A stretch of DNA of 35,796 nucleotides, taken from a virus (taxonomy: Duplodnaviria > Caudoviricetes). Shown here piece by piece: positions 7,163-17,697 of the stretch; the stretch's first letter is position 1; each line of letters begins with the position of its first letter. The position numbers and the translations under genes are program-made. The notes beneath the pieces were generated by a model. It had not been told where the DNA came from. It did no database searches and saw only the letters and a list, made by a program, of their open reading frames with translations. The stretch lies in the IMG/VR virus record IMGVR_UViG_3300043414_001159, positions 1 through 35,796 of that record, one strand, 5' to 3'.

Positions 7163-9142
7163 ATGAGTACAGAAATTATTTCAGAAAGTTTTACAAACAA
7201 ATACGCTAATAAAAATCCTAATTGGGGATTTAATGGTCTAGGGTATATTGTTTATAAAAGAACATATGCACGTTTAAAAGATGACGGTTTAACAGAAGAA
7301 TGGCATGAAACAATTCGGCGTTGTATTAATGGTGCCCAAAAAATTGGAGCAAATTATACTCAAGAAGAGGCTGAACAGCTTTTCGATCTTATTTTTAATC
7401 TTAAATGTAATTTTGCAGGTCGAATGCTTTGGCAATTAGGAACTCCAACGGTTGATCGTTTTGGGGCTAACTCGCTTTTGAATTGTTGGAATGTTTCCAT
7501 GAATAGCACTAAATCTTTTTTGTTTCTTTTCGAAAATTTAATGCTTGGTGGCGGTGTAGGATTCTCTATACGTAGAGAGGATATTCATGAGTTACCCAAG
7601 ATTAAAAAAGATGTTAATGTTATTCATCAGAATACTAAAGATGCTGATTTTATTGTTCCGGATAGCCGTGAAGGCTGGATTCGCCTTTTAGATCGTGTGC
7701 TTGAGGCGTTTTATGTAAATGGTAAATCATTTAGTTATTCAACTATTTTGATTCGTGGCGCTGGAGAAAGAATTGGTGGATTTGGCGGAGTAGCTAGCGG
7801 TCCACAAATTTTAATTGATGGTATTGAAAAAATTGTTAAGATCTTCAAAACAAGAGAAAACAAAAAATTAAGGTCTATTGATGTTCTTGATATTTGTAAT
7901 ATTATTGGTGGCATTGTTGTTTCTGGAAATGTGCGCCGAAGCGCTCAAATTGCAATAGGAGATCCAGACGATTATCTTTTTCTTCGTGCAAAAAACTGGT
8001 CTTTGGGAAATGTACCCAATTGGCGTGCAATGTCTAATAATACTATTTATGCAGATAGTTTTGATCATATTTCTAGTGAGATATGGACCAATGGATATGT
8101 TTTAGATCCAGAGACTGGATTTGCTAAAGGCGAGCCTTATGGATTTTTTAATTTACCTCTTTCTCAAAAATTTGGTCGTTTAAAGGATGGTGAAATGAAA
8201 GACTCCACATTATACCCTACAGATGAAGATAATGTGGTTGGAACAAATCCGTGTGGCGAAATTAGTCTTGCTTCATATGAATGTTGTAATCTTTCAGAAC
8301 TTTATTTAAATAATATTTCCTCTAAAGAAGAACTTATTCTCTGTGCAAAACTTTTATATAAAACTCAAAAAGCTATTGCTGCACTCCCCTTTCTTCACGA
8401 GGAAACGAATAAAATTGTGCATAAAAATATGCGTCTTGGTCTCGGTGTTACTGGTATTTGCCAATCTCTTGACAAAATTGAGTGGTTAGACGCTTGCTAT
8501 AAAGAGCTTCGTAAATTTGATAAAGAATGGAGTAAGGAACGTGGTTGGAATCGTAGTATCAAACTTACTACAATTAAACCTAGTGGAACCTTGAGTTTGT
8601 TAGGAGGCTCTACGCCTGGAGTTCATCCAGCATATTCTAAATATTATACTCGTCGTGTTAGAATGTCTAGTAACGATAAACTTGTACAATATTGCCGAGA
8701 TCTTGGATATCATATAGAATATGTGCTTAATTTTGACGGATCTGAAAATCATGATACTGTTGTTGTTGAATTCCCGTGTGAAACGCCAGATGGCGCGCTA
8801 TTTGCAGATGATATGGGAGTTATTAAACAATTAGAAATGGTTAAAAAATTACAAGAAGTATGGTCAGATAATGCCGTAAGTGTTACAGCTTATTATTCAG
8901 AAGAAGAACTTCCAGCTTTAAAGCAGTGGCTTCAAGAGAACTATGCCAATTCAATTAAATCTGTAAGCTTTCTTCTTCGACAAAAACATGGGTTTAAGCA
9001 AGCTCCATATGAAGAAATTACTAAGGAAGTTTATGAAAATAAAAAGTCTAGAGTAAAATCTCTTGTAAATATTAAACAAAATATTGGCAATGACGCGATT
9101 GAAGGTATTGAATGTGAAGGTGGCGCGTGTCCCATTAAATAA
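7163..9142 (+). CDS. nrdJ: Class II adenosylcobalamin-dependent ribonucleotide reductase (monomeric RTPR-like)
   Basis: YKRTYAR, GRMLWQLG, LLNCW, GGGVGFS, VVSGNVRRSA, TNPCGEI, IKPSGTLS, C-terminal CEGGACPIK; no small-subunit gene nearby. Confidence 0.93.
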   Translation: MSTEIISESFTNKYANKNPNWGFNGLGYIVYKRTYARLKDDGLTEEWHETIRRCINGAQKIGANYTQEEAEQLFDLIFNLKCNFAGRMLWQLGTPTVDRFGANSLLNCWNVSMNSTKSFLFLFENLMLGGGVGFSIRREDIHELPKIKKDVNVIHQNTKDADFIVPDSREGWIRLLDRVLEAFYVNGKSFSYSTILIRGAGERIGGFGGVASGPQILIDGIEKIVKIFKTRENKKLRSIDVLDICNIIGGIVVSGNVRRSAQIAIGDPDDYLFLRAKNWSLGNVPNWRAMSNNTIYADSFDHISSEIWTNGYVLDPETGFAKGEPYGFFNLPLSQKFGRLKDGEMKDSTLYPTDEDNVVGTNPCGEISLASYECCNLSELYLNNISSKEELILCAKLLYKTQKAIAALPFLHEETNKIVHKNMRLGLGVTGICQSLDKIEWLDACYKELRKFDKEWSKERGWNRSIKLTTIKPSGTLSLLGGSTPGVHPAYSKYYTRRVRMSSNDKLVQYCRDLGYHIEYVLNFDGSENHDTVVVEFPCETPDGALFADDMGVIKQLEMVKKLQEVWSDNAVSVTAYYSEEELPALKQWLQENYANSIKSVSFLLRQKHGFKQAPYEEITKEVYENKKSRVKSLVNIKQNIGNDAIEGIECEGGACPIK

Positions 9143-9564
9143 TGAAAAAAAATAAAGATATATATAAAGATGTAAGGGATTCAATGGATCCGACATTGGA
9201 ACATAAATTTATGAATAATTTGCAATGGTCAATGCTTTTTTTTGTGTTTAATCAAATAGCAAATAAGATTAATGAAGAACATGAGTTTGACGAACAAAAC
9301 TCAATGCAAAAACAGTTTATTAAAAGTTGGAAAAAGTTTGCCCATGTTAATATTGCAAAGACTGATTTAAAAATCATTAATGATATCTTAAATTCTCCCA
9401 AAAATATTTTTAATAGCGCGCTTCAAAATGATAACGAAATAACTGAAAGTACCGAAATTTATCAAGAAAAATATAATGATATAATTAATAAAATCGAAGA
9501 GTTTTTTTTGAAAACAACTCCAATAAATGGTTATAATAGTTCAGAAGAAGATTTTGATGAATAA
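9142..9564 (+). CDS. Hypothetical protein
   Basis: 140 aa ORF coupled to nrdJ (TAATG overlap); acidic C-terminus. Confidence 0.65.
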   Translation: MKKNKDIYKDVRDSMDPTLEHKFMNNLQWSMLFFVFNQIANKINEEHEFDEQNSMQKQFIKSWKKFAHVNIAKTDLKIINDILNSPKNIFNSALQNDNEITESTEIYQEKYNDIINKIEEFFLKTTPINGYNSSEEDFDE

Positions 9565-9565
9565 T

Positions 9566-10594
9566 ATGAAAAAAGTTTTAATTACTGGGGTAACAGGGCA
9601 AGATGGTAGCTATATGGCTGAATATTTACTTAAATTTTCAGAGTATGAAGTTTATGGAATGATTCGTAGATCCTCTACCAATAATTATAAAAATATTGAA
9701 CATTTAATAAATAAACCTAGATTTAAAATTGTTTTAGGCGATCTTTCTGATTCACAATCAATTGAAAATTTAGTAAGAGAAATCCAACCTGATTATTTTA
9801 TTAATTTAGCTGCACAAAGTTTTGTTGCAGCTTCATGGGAAATTCCCGAACAAACCTTTGATGTTGATGCTGTAGGTGTTATTCGTTGTTTAGAGTCGAT
9901 TAGAAAACATGCTCCGAAATGTCGTTTTTATAATGCTGGGTCTTCAGAAGAACTCGGAAATGTAGATTATAGCCCGCAAGATGAAAAACATCCATTAAAA
10001 CCAAGGAGTCCATATGGTGCTGCAAAGGCAGCGTCTAGACATATTGTAAAGGTATATAGAGAAAGTTATAATCTATATGCAATACAGGGGTTATTATATA
10101 ATCACGAAAGCCCACGTAGAGGAGAAGAATTTGTCACTAAAAAAATTACAAAAAATATTGCTAGAATTAAAAAGGCAATAGATTATGGTTACGAATTTGA
10201 ACCATTAGAATTAGGCAATATTGACGCAAAACGTGATTGGAGTCATGCACAAGATTTTGTAAAGGGTATTTGGTTAATGTTAAATCAAGACGAACCCAAT
10301 GAATTTATACTTTCATCTGGAGAGACCCACACTGTGAAAGAATTTATTGAAAAAGCTTTTAATATTGTTGGCATACAGGGTAAATGGATAGGAGAAGGAA
10401 TTAATGAATGTTTTTATTTAGAGAATGAACTCATAAAATTAGTATCTATTAATCCAAAATTTTATCGTCCAGCCGAAATAGACTTACTCCTTGGGGATTC
10501 GAAGAAAGCGAGAATTAAATTAAACTGGAAACCAGAAATTTCTTTTGAAGATTTAATCAAAGAAATGGTATATTTTGATTTACAACATGTATAA
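9566..10594 (+). CDS. gmd: GDP-mannose 4,6-dehydratase
   Basis: LITGVTGQDGSYMAE, NLAAQSFV, PRSPYGAAK, NHESPRRGEEFVT, GNIDAKRDWSHA, RPAEIDLLLGD; start moved to the ATG at 9566 (MKKVLITG). Confidence 0.96.
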   Translation: MKKVLITGVTGQDGSYMAEYLLKFSEYEVYGMIRRSSTNNYKNIEHLINKPRFKIVLGDLSDSQSIENLVREIQPDYFINLAAQSFVAASWEIPEQTFDVDAVGVIRCLESIRKHAPKCRFYNAGSSEELGNVDYSPQDEKHPLKPRSPYGAAKAASRHIVKVYRESYNLYAIQGLLYNHESPRRGEEFVTKKITKNIARIKKAIDYGYEFEPLELGNIDAKRDWSHAQDFVKGIWLMLNQDEPNEFILSSGETHTVKEFIEKAFNIVGIQGKWIGEGINECFYLENELIKLVSINPKFYRPAEIDLLLGDSKKARIKLNWKPEISFEDLIKEMVYFDLQHV

Positions 10595-10596
10595 TA

Positions 10597-10809
10597 TTGA
10601 GTATGCATATAGAAGAACTACTAGATAATTCGCATAAATTTTATAATTGCCAACATAGATCTGAAAATGAGGGTGAATTTACAATTAAAAGATGCTCATG
10701 TCAAGGTGGCGATTATCAAATTAAAGGTTATGAATGTTATAAAAGAAGTATAATAGATGTAACAACTAGTATTTGTAGTGAATGCCAAGAGTATGAACCA
10801 AAAAAATAA
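10597..10809 (+). CDS. Small Cys-rich hypothetical protein
   Basis: CQH, CSC, C, CSEC pattern in 70 aa; likely ATG start at 10603. Confidence 0.6.
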   Translation: MSMHIEELLDNSHKFYNCQHRSENEGEFTIKRCSCQGGDYQIKGYECYKRSIIDVTTSICSECQEYEPKK

Positions 10810-11146
10810 AATTAATTTTATTAAAAAATTTCTCAAGGAAGACCTTAAAATTGTTTGGCCTAAAGAAATGAAAATGGTTAAAATGTTATTAGATATTTTT
10901 CCAGATGAAGTTTTTTGGAATACACTTAATTTAAAGTTTAAACTTAATAGTTTATGTTGGCTATTATCTGATGATGGTAGATCTTTTCTTAATAAAGAAT
11001 ATCAACAATATAAATTAGAGCTTCCAGAAACGAAAAAGTACAAATTAGAAGAAAATAATATTGCCTTTGATTCAAAAATCTCTTATACTTCAGAAAGTCC
11101 TCTGAACTTAAGAGGCTTTTTAAATTTATGGCAAAAGAAATATTAG
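10778..11146 (+). CDS. Hypothetical protein
   Basis: ORF packed between neighbours; likely start at ATG 10793. Confidence 0.6.
   Translation: MNAKSMNQKNKINFIKKFLKEDLKIVWPKEMKMVKMLLDIFPDEVFWNTLNLKFKLNSLCWLLSDDGRSFLNKEYQQYKLELPETKKYKLEENNIAFDSKISYTSESPLNLRGFLNLWQKKY
11061..11089 (+). promoter_or_regulatory. sigma70-type promoter upstream of the recombinase
   Basis: TTGCCT-17 nt-TATACT inside the preceding ORF. Confidence 0.5.
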
Positions 11147-12219
11147 GCGGAAAAAACATTTTATCATCCCATTTAAAGGATAATAAAGATAGTCATTATA
11201 ATTTTGAAGATGAGCAAATTTTTAATGTATCAACCGGATCTCTTCTTTTAGATTCTGAACTCGGTGGCTCGTTAGAAGTACCAGCAATTGTTCGTTTTAC
11301 GGGGGTAAGCGGTGGCGGTAAAACAAGCGCAGCTCTTCTTATAATGAATAATTTTCTTAAAACAATTCCAAACGCAAAAGGCTTATTAATTAAAGCCGAA
11401 GGTCGTCTTAATTCTAATGTAAAAAGAATTTCTGGCGTTGATTTTGTTGATAAACCTGAAGATTGGGATAATGGAAAATGCTTTGTATTACGTTCGAATG
11501 TTTATGAAAATATTGCGACCCTTATTCTCGAATTAATTCAAAATAATCCAGAAAATACTCGTTACTATTTTCTTGTAGATAGTATGGATGCGCTTATTTC
11601 TAAAAATGATTTAAGTAAAGGTTTTGATGATAGTGCAAAGGTTGCTGCTGGAGCAGTATTAACTTCTAATTTCTTGAGGCGCATAATGTTGCCACTTTCT
11701 ACTTTTGGACATATTTGTGGCCTTATTTCGCAAGTTCGTTCAAATGTTCAAATTAATCCATATGCGAAAGGTGATCCTAAACTTACTAATAGTTCTGGCG
11801 GAAATGCATTACAGCATTATGCTGATTGGATTTTTGAATTTCAACCTAGATATAAATCAGATCAAATTATAGAAGATGGTAAAATTATTGGTCATTGGTC
11901 GAAGATCCTACTTCGAAAAACAACTAATGAAAAAGATGGTACTGAAATTACTTATCCAATTCGTCATGGACGTTCTGACGGTAAAAGTGTTTGGCTAGAA
12001 TATGAAATTGCAGATATGCTAATACAGTGGGGATTTGCTAAAAAGAGTGGCGCATGGATTGCTTTTGATGCAGGCTTAATTAAAGATGTTAAAGAAGATA
12101 CGGAAGAAATTATACCAGAAAAAATTCAAGGCATGGATCAATTAAGAACATTTTTAGAAGAAAATTCTAAAATTTGTAATTACTTATTTAATAAATTTAA
12201 AATAGCGTTTGCTAAATGA
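11128..12219 (+). CDS. RecA/UvsX-like recombinase
   Basis: STGSLLLDSELGG, Walker A GVSGGGKT, VDSMDAL, ISQVR, SGGNALQHYAD, KKSGAW. Confidence 0.93.
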   Translation: MAKEILGGKNILSSHLKDNKDSHYNFEDEQIFNVSTGSLLLDSELGGSLEVPAIVRFTGVSGGGKTSAALLIMNNFLKTIPNAKGLLIKAEGRLNSNVKRISGVDFVDKPEDWDNGKCFVLRSNVYENIATLILELIQNNPENTRYYFLVDSMDALISKNDLSKGFDDSAKVAAGAVLTSNFLRRIMLPLSTFGHICGLISQVRSNVQINPYAKGDPKLTNSSGGNALQHYADWIFEFQPRYKSDQIIEDGKIIGHWSKILLRKTTNEKDGTEITYPIRHGRSDGKSVWLEYEIADMLIQWGFAKKSGAWIAFDAGLIKDVKEDTEEIIPEKIQGMDQLRTFLEENSKICNYLFNKFKIAFAK

Positions 12220-12992
12220 GAACTATCGAATATTTAATATTAGATTACAATAGAGAAAAAGAAGCCGAAACTCTTTTAGAAAGTATAAGAAAATATTCAA
12301 ATTTTAATTATACAATTTCTTATTTAGATAATGGATCAAATAAAAAATATTCTACAAAATTAGCGGAAAAGTATAATATAGATAATTTAATTATCAATAA
12401 TAGAAATTCTGGATGTGGAGCGGGAACAATACAACTTTTTGCACAAAGTACAGCGGAATATTGTTTTTATATTCAAGTTGATCATGAATTAGTATTCGAA
12501 ATTAATCAAGAGATGATTGATTTAATGATTAATAAAATTGAAAATGAAAAGTTTACATATATTGATTTAGCTGGAAATCAAGGCCATGGAAAATATTCAG
12601 AAAGAGCTCAATTTATAAATACTAATTTTTATAATAAAATTCCAAAAGGTATTGGAGGTCCAGGCCCATGGAGCCATGTATTATGGACGGAAGAGAGTAT
12701 TCAAAATTATATTAAAGATAATAATTTAGAATTTTTATCTATATATGGTCAACATAATATACCACCATTTATAGATAGGGGGAAATATGGTTTAAGAAGT
12801 AATCCCGATGGGTCTATATGGAAACATCGTACAGATGATAAACGTGTATGGTTAATACAAGGTCCAGTAAAAGAAAAATATGAATATCCACCTTTCTCAG
12901 ATGAACAATGGCAAGAAATTTTTTCCACTCAAATTTGTGAAGAAATTATCCCACATGGTTGGAAAAATAATATTTTTAAATGTTGGGATTAA
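12216..12992 (+). CDS. GT-A/GT2-like glycosyltransferase
   Basis: YNR...LLESI, LDNGS, NSGCGAG, FYIQVD; ATGA overlap with the recombinase. Confidence 0.7.
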   Translation: MRTIEYLILDYNREKEAETLLESIRKYSNFNYTISYLDNGSNKKYSTKLAEKYNIDNLIINNRNSGCGAGTIQLFAQSTAEYCFYIQVDHELVFEINQEMIDLMINKIENEKFTYIDLAGNQGHGKYSERAQFINTNFYNKIPKGIGGPGPWSHVLWTEESIQNYIKDNNLEFLSIYGQHNIPPFIDRGKYGLRSNPDGSIWKHRTDDKRVWLIQGPVKEKYEYPPFSDEQWQEIFSTQICEEIIPHGWKNNIFKCWD

Positions 12993-13007
12993 TAAATATA
13001 ATATATT

Positions 13008-13688
13008 ATGATAACAGATGTAGAACATATTCAAAAAGCAATTGAAAAATCAAAAAATAATCAATCTAATTTACCACCAGCAATATTACAAATGGTGGGA
13101 ATGTCAACAAATAAAACTCGACATTTATTTAATAATTTAGCAAATACAGAATCTAAAATTAATTATTTAGAAATAGGAACCTATAGAGGCGCTACGGCAT
13201 CTTCGGTACTATATAATAATTTAGTAAATGCTATTATTATAGATGATTTTAGCCAATTTCAAGATTTAAATCTTCAAAACGCCAAATCGCCAGTGCCAGA
13301 AGATTTTTCTAGGAATGTGGCCCTTACACTAAATTTTAGTAATACAAACCCAACCGCTAAGTTTTATAACAAAGATTGTTTTTCTATAGATAAAAAAGAG
13401 ATCTTTAATGAAAAAATAGATTTTTATTTTTATGATGGAGAACATTCTTACGAATCTCAATATAAAGCTTATGAATACTATAATGATATTTTAGAAAATA
13501 AATTTTTAACAGTTATAGATGATTTTAATGATGAAGTGAATGTCAAAGGTGCGACACTAGACGCATTTAAAAAATTAAACTATGAAATTTTATTTCATGA
13601 AGAACTTCCAGCGGGCAAAAATTCTAATTCTTTTGATGAAGAAGCTTATTGGAATGGATTAGGAATATTTTTAATACAAAAAAAATAA
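13008..13688 (+). CDS. Class I SAM-dependent methyltransferase (Methyltransf_24-like)
   Basis: YLEIGTYRGAT, FYFYDGEHSYE, VIDD, YWNGLGI. Confidence 0.85.
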   Translation: MITDVEHIQKAIEKSKNNQSNLPPAILQMVGMSTNKTRHLFNNLANTESKINYLEIGTYRGATASSVLYNNLVNAIIIDDFSQFQDLNLQNAKSPVPEDFSRNVALTLNFSNTNPTAKFYNKDCFSIDKKEIFNEKIDFYFYDGEHSYESQYKAYEYYNDILENKFLTVIDDFNDEVNVKGATLDAFKKLNYEILFHEELPAGKNSNSFDEEAYWNGLGIFLIQKK

Positions 13689-13689
13689 A

Positions 13690-14559
13690 ATGAATAAAAT
13701 TACGTTATGTGGAATGTCTGGATATACAGACGAAGATTTTCAAAATTTGATTGAAATAATCGAACCAATTAAAGATAGAATCAATAAAATTGTTTGGACA
13801 ATAAACTATTCAAATCTAAAAGATATATATAATTTAGATTTAAATATTCTATTTAATCAACTTAAAAATAGTTATAATATATATTTTATTTTTAACCAGT
13901 GGATGTTTAGAAATGATTATGCTAGAAATTCCTATTTATTTAGTGGTCACATCGAACACGGCGAAATTTGTATTAATTTAGATACACTTGAAAGACTCAA
14001 ACCTAAATTTTTTGAAAATTTTGATGGACTAGTACAAACAATGATTAAACATGAATTTGATGGATTTGTTTTATATAATAAAAGATTTATTTTTATTTAT
14101 AATGACTATTTAGAATATAAAGGCAATCCGCACGAAGGAATTCATAATTTACAAAAAATTGGTGAAATAACCCAGATCGAACAATATAAAAATATAGATG
14201 ATTATTTTGAGAATATAAGACCACAAAAAAGAGATAAATATCATTTTGTTGATGCTTATGTTAAATATTATTATTCATATCCAAACTCTAACCATTGTTT
14301 ACTTGGATGTGAGAATAATCAAGAACTCTTTCAAAAAAGAGAGTCTCTTCGAAGATATTTTAGATTATATTGTAGTAAAAATTTAAATTTAGATTTTAAA
14401 GTAGACTCTTTAAAAGACTACATCTTAAACAATGAATTAGATGAATTTATGAAACAAGCTTTTAATCAAGAACGAATTTTAAATGATTTTTATAGATATC
14501 ATAAATTAAATGATAGATTATTTGAAGATAGGGCGACTTGGGATTTAATTAATATATGA
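13690..14559 (+). CDS. Divergent GT2-like glycosyltransferase
   Basis: DYARN, LDTLERL, YKGNPHEG resemble GT2 motifs; cluster context. Confidence 0.55.
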   Translation: MNKITLCGMSGYTDEDFQNLIEIIEPIKDRINKIVWTINYSNLKDIYNLDLNILFNQLKNSYNIYFIFNQWMFRNDYARNSYLFSGHIEHGEICINLDTLERLKPKFFENFDGLVQTMIKHEFDGFVLYNKRFIFIYNDYLEYKGNPHEGIHNLQKIGEITQIEQYKNIDDYFENIRPQKRDKYHFVDAYVKYYYSYPNSNHCLLGCENNQELFQKRESLRRYFRLYCSKNLNLDFKVDSLKDYILNNELDEFMKQAFNQERILNDFYRYHKLNDRLFEDRATWDLINI

Positions 14560-15284
14560 TTAATCTAGTTTTATTTACTAGCACAAAAGGGCATTTTGGT
14601 AATAAACAAATTTACCAAAGAACTATAGAAGACCTATTTTCAAAAATAGATCCTAATTTTTTCTTTAAATTCGCACATATTAAAGTTTCCCCAAATGAAG
14701 AAAAGATTGCAGAAGAAATGCAAACATTTTTATCGTCTTTAAATTTTTTAGTCGATAAAACAATCGGTAATTGGAGCCATAGCGATCATCAAAGTCATGC
14801 TATAGGTTATACACAAGATATTATTAAATCATTTAGTAATGACCAATTACACAAACAGCAATTCTCTTTATGGTTAGAAGATGACTGGCTTTTTAATATT
14901 AAAAAAAATAATTTAGAATATTATATTAACTATGCCGTAGAACAATTAAAAATTAATAAAGATTTATTATGTTTTAGATTTAATCATGAAATACACGAAG
15001 TTGATGAAAATAATAATATAAATAAAGATATTTATTATCTACAAACTGATAAATCTACACCATATGGATCAACATTTACATTTCAACCAAATATTACTAG
15101 AACAAGAGACGTTTGGTTAGCTTATAAATTTATTAGTAAATATTGGGATAATATTAAAAACATGCATATTGAATTACAGTCGGGATGGGGGTTAAAACAT
15201 TTAACCTCAAATCCAAATCATTTTGCTTTTTTTAATCCACAATATATTGATTGTATCCATATAGGTTGTAATCCAAATCAATAA
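14556..15284 (+). CDS. GT-A-like glycosyltransferase
   Basis: LWLEDDWLF, FTFQPN, CIHIG. Confidence 0.65.
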   Translation: MINLVLFTSTKGHFGNKQIYQRTIEDLFSKIDPNFFFKFAHIKVSPNEEKIAEEMQTFLSSLNFLVDKTIGNWSHSDHQSHAIGYTQDIIKSFSNDQLHKQQFSLWLEDDWLFNIKKNNLEYYINYAVEQLKINKDLLCFRFNHEIHEVDENNNINKDIYYLQTDKSTPYGSTFTFQPNITRTRDVWLAYKFISKYWDNIKNMHIELQSGWGLKHLTSNPNHFAFFNPQYIDCIHIGCNPNQ

Positions 15285-15289
15285 TAGAT

Positions 15290-16126
15290 ATGAAAATTCA
15301 AGGAATCGGACTACCATTTAATGAAAACCATTCTTCTTGTGGCACTTTAAAACCTAAAACTTTTCAATGGTCAAGCCAAGAACAGGAAATAAAAGTTTTT
15401 ATAGATCAACAGATTATAAACGGTTTAGATGGAGTTCGAAATAAATTTGGATGGATTTGCGAATCAAAATCTATTTTATGGTGGGTATCAAATAATATCA
15501 AAGAGGATTATTTAAAATATAAAGAATCTTATATTAAAATATTCACTTGTGATCAAGAACTTATAAATTTAGATAGTAATTTATTTGAATTTTGTTATGC
15601 TGGGAGTAATCTACCATGGACTCCTATTGACAATTATGGAATACATACTAAATATAAAAATATTTCGTTTTTATGTTCAAATTTAAATTACACAGAGGGG
15701 CATAAATATCGTATTTATTGGGCTAATAAATTAAAAGATAATGTAGACTTATATGGATCAATTATTAATAAAACTATAGGACATAATTATCACGAATCTT
15801 ATCATCATAAACCTAAAACCGACGCTTTACAAGAGTATCGTTTTTCTTTTATTTTTGAAAATGGTAAATATAACTCTTATTTTACTGAAAAAATTACAGA
15901 TTGTTTTGCAAATGGTGTTATTCCAATATATTATGGTACAGATTCAATTAATAATTTTTTTGATATAAATGGTATAATAATTTTTAATGAAAATTTAAAT
16001 TTAAATGAGTTTAATGAAGAATTATATTTTTCTAAAATAGAGGGTATTAAAAATAATTTCGAAATAGTTAAAAATTTAAAGATGAGTGACGAAATGTTAT
16101 TTGAAAAAATCTTAAAATATATATAG
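15290..16126 (+). CDS. GT10 family (alpha-1,3/4-fucosyltransferase-like)
   Basis: YRFSFIFEN...YFTEKITDCFANGVIPIYYG, the GT10 signature. Confidence 0.85.
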   Translation: MKIQGIGLPFNENHSSCGTLKPKTFQWSSQEQEIKVFIDQQIINGLDGVRNKFGWICESKSILWWVSNNIKEDYLKYKESYIKIFTCDQELINLDSNLFEFCYAGSNLPWTPIDNYGIHTKYKNISFLCSNLNYTEGHKYRIYWANKLKDNVDLYGSIINKTIGHNYHESYHHKPKTDALQEYRFSFIFENGKYNSYFTEKITDCFANGVIPIYYGTDSINNFFDINGIIIFNENLNLNEFNEELYFSKIEGIKNNFEIVKNLKMSDEMLFEKILKYI

Positions 16127-16135
16127 TATTTTAAA

Positions 16136-16939
16136 ATGAAAATTAGCATTTACTCAACAGCTTTTAATATCATTAAAAATGAGTTTAATTACGAAGACGC
16201 TATTAAAAATTATTTATATTATGCCGATGAATTATGTTTAGCCGTTAATAAAAGCGAAGACGATTCTTTACAGGAAATTATAAATTATGTCGATAAAAAT
16301 AATTTAAAAAATGTTAAAATTATTCCAACTGATTTTAAGTATGACGATCCTTTTTGTTATGGAAAAATTGTTAATGCAGCTTTACAAGCATGTACCGGAG
16401 ATATTTGTATTCTTCAAGATCTTGATGAGCGACTTGGTGGGAATAAAGATTATTTAATTAATCTTTGTCAAAATTTTTTAAAGCTCGAAAATATTCAAGC
16501 TTTATTTGTACCAGTCATTAACTTATATCAAGATATAAATCATTATAAAGACATTTCTTTCAAATGGTATATACATAAAAAAGGACTATATAGAGGTCCA
16601 GTTAACTTTGGAATAAAAGAGAACGGGCTTCCAGATTATAATAAAACGAGTACAGATGAACTAATAGATAAAAATGGAAATTTAGTTCCCACTATCAATA
16701 TAGTTCAGTCGCTTAATTTTAAAGAATCTATTGATTATATAGAACTAAATTATCCATTTATTTATCATTTAGGCTATACAGATTTTCACAAAAGAGTTAA
16801 AAGAAATAATTTTTGGAAACCATTCTGGGAAAAAGCTACGGGTGGAGATTCAAATACTCATGTATTAAATGTAAATGATTTATACCAGAATAATTTATTA
16901 GAGTTAAAAATTCCAAAATGGAGTATCATAAATATATGA
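16136..16939 (+). CDS. GT2-like glycosyltransferase
   Basis: KISIY, SEDDS, NAALQACTGD.CILQDLDE, YHLGY. Confidence 0.8.
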   Translation: MKISIYSTAFNIIKNEFNYEDAIKNYLYYADELCLAVNKSEDDSLQEIINYVDKNNLKNVKIIPTDFKYDDPFCYGKIVNAALQACTGDICILQDLDERLGGNKDYLINLCQNFLKLENIQALFVPVINLYQDINHYKDISFKWYIHKKGLYRGPVNFGIKENGLPDYNKTSTDELIDKNGNLVPTINIVQSLNFKESIDYIELNYPFIYHLGYTDFHKRVKRNNFWKPFWEKATGGDSNTHVLNVNDLYQNNLLELKIPKWSIINI

Positions 16940-17697
16940 AATATGGGATCTTATGTAATTTTTATGGATTCCCTAATTATTTAGATAAAGTTTTATCTTC
17001 ATGGTCGGATATAAATAAGAATTTTATTTTTGCGGCAGCTTGTTGTAAATTTAATGAATATATTGATATTAATTATCATTTAGAAGATACAGAAACAATA
17101 AAAAAGTTAAATTTAAATTATAAAAATATATTTTCATATATTTATAGTGAATCAATTTCTAACGACTCTATTGTAAGAAATTATCCATTACAATATTTAT
17201 TAAGTCAAAATGTAGACTATATTTGGATTTTAGATGGTGATGAATTTTATACTGAAGAACAGATTATTAAAATAACTAATTTTGTTGAACAGGAGCCATT
17301 TATTCCATTTTTTAAAATAAATTTTAAAAATTTTTTTAACGATGAATTTCATTGGGTAGATGGTTTTTGTCCACCAAGAATATTTAAAACAAAATTAAAT
17401 AATTTATCTTTAGATTCATTTTATTATGAAAATGATATATATTATATAGATAGAGACAATAATAAAGTAGATTATAAACAATTATCAAATCTTTCTATTC
17501 CAAAGGCTATAGCACATATTGATCATTATTCATGGTGTGGAGAAAAAATTTATTTACAAAATAAAATTAAATATCAAAATCATAGATATAAAGGAATTTG
17601 CTCGTATAAATGGAATGAAGAAAAAGATTGTTTAGATTTTAACGATAAATATTATAAAATGATTAATCAACCAAATCCTACAATTTATACAATATGA
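16936..17697 (+). CDS. GT2-like glycosyltransferase
   Basis: DYIWILDGDEFY, PRIF, DHYSW; start moved to 16936 (ATGA overlap). Confidence 0.75.
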   Translation: MKYGILCNFYGFPNYLDKVLSSWSDINKNFIFAAACCKFNEYIDINYHLEDTETIKKLNLNYKNIFSYIYSESISNDSIVRNYPLQYLLSQNVDYIWILDGDEFYTEEQIIKITNFVEQEPFIPFFKINFKNFFNDEFHWVDGFCPPRIFKTKLNNLSLDSFYYENDIYYIDRDNNKVDYKQLSNLSIPKAIAHIDHYSWCGEKIYLQNKIKYQNHRYKGICSYKWNEEKDCLDFNDKYYKMINQPNPTIYTI

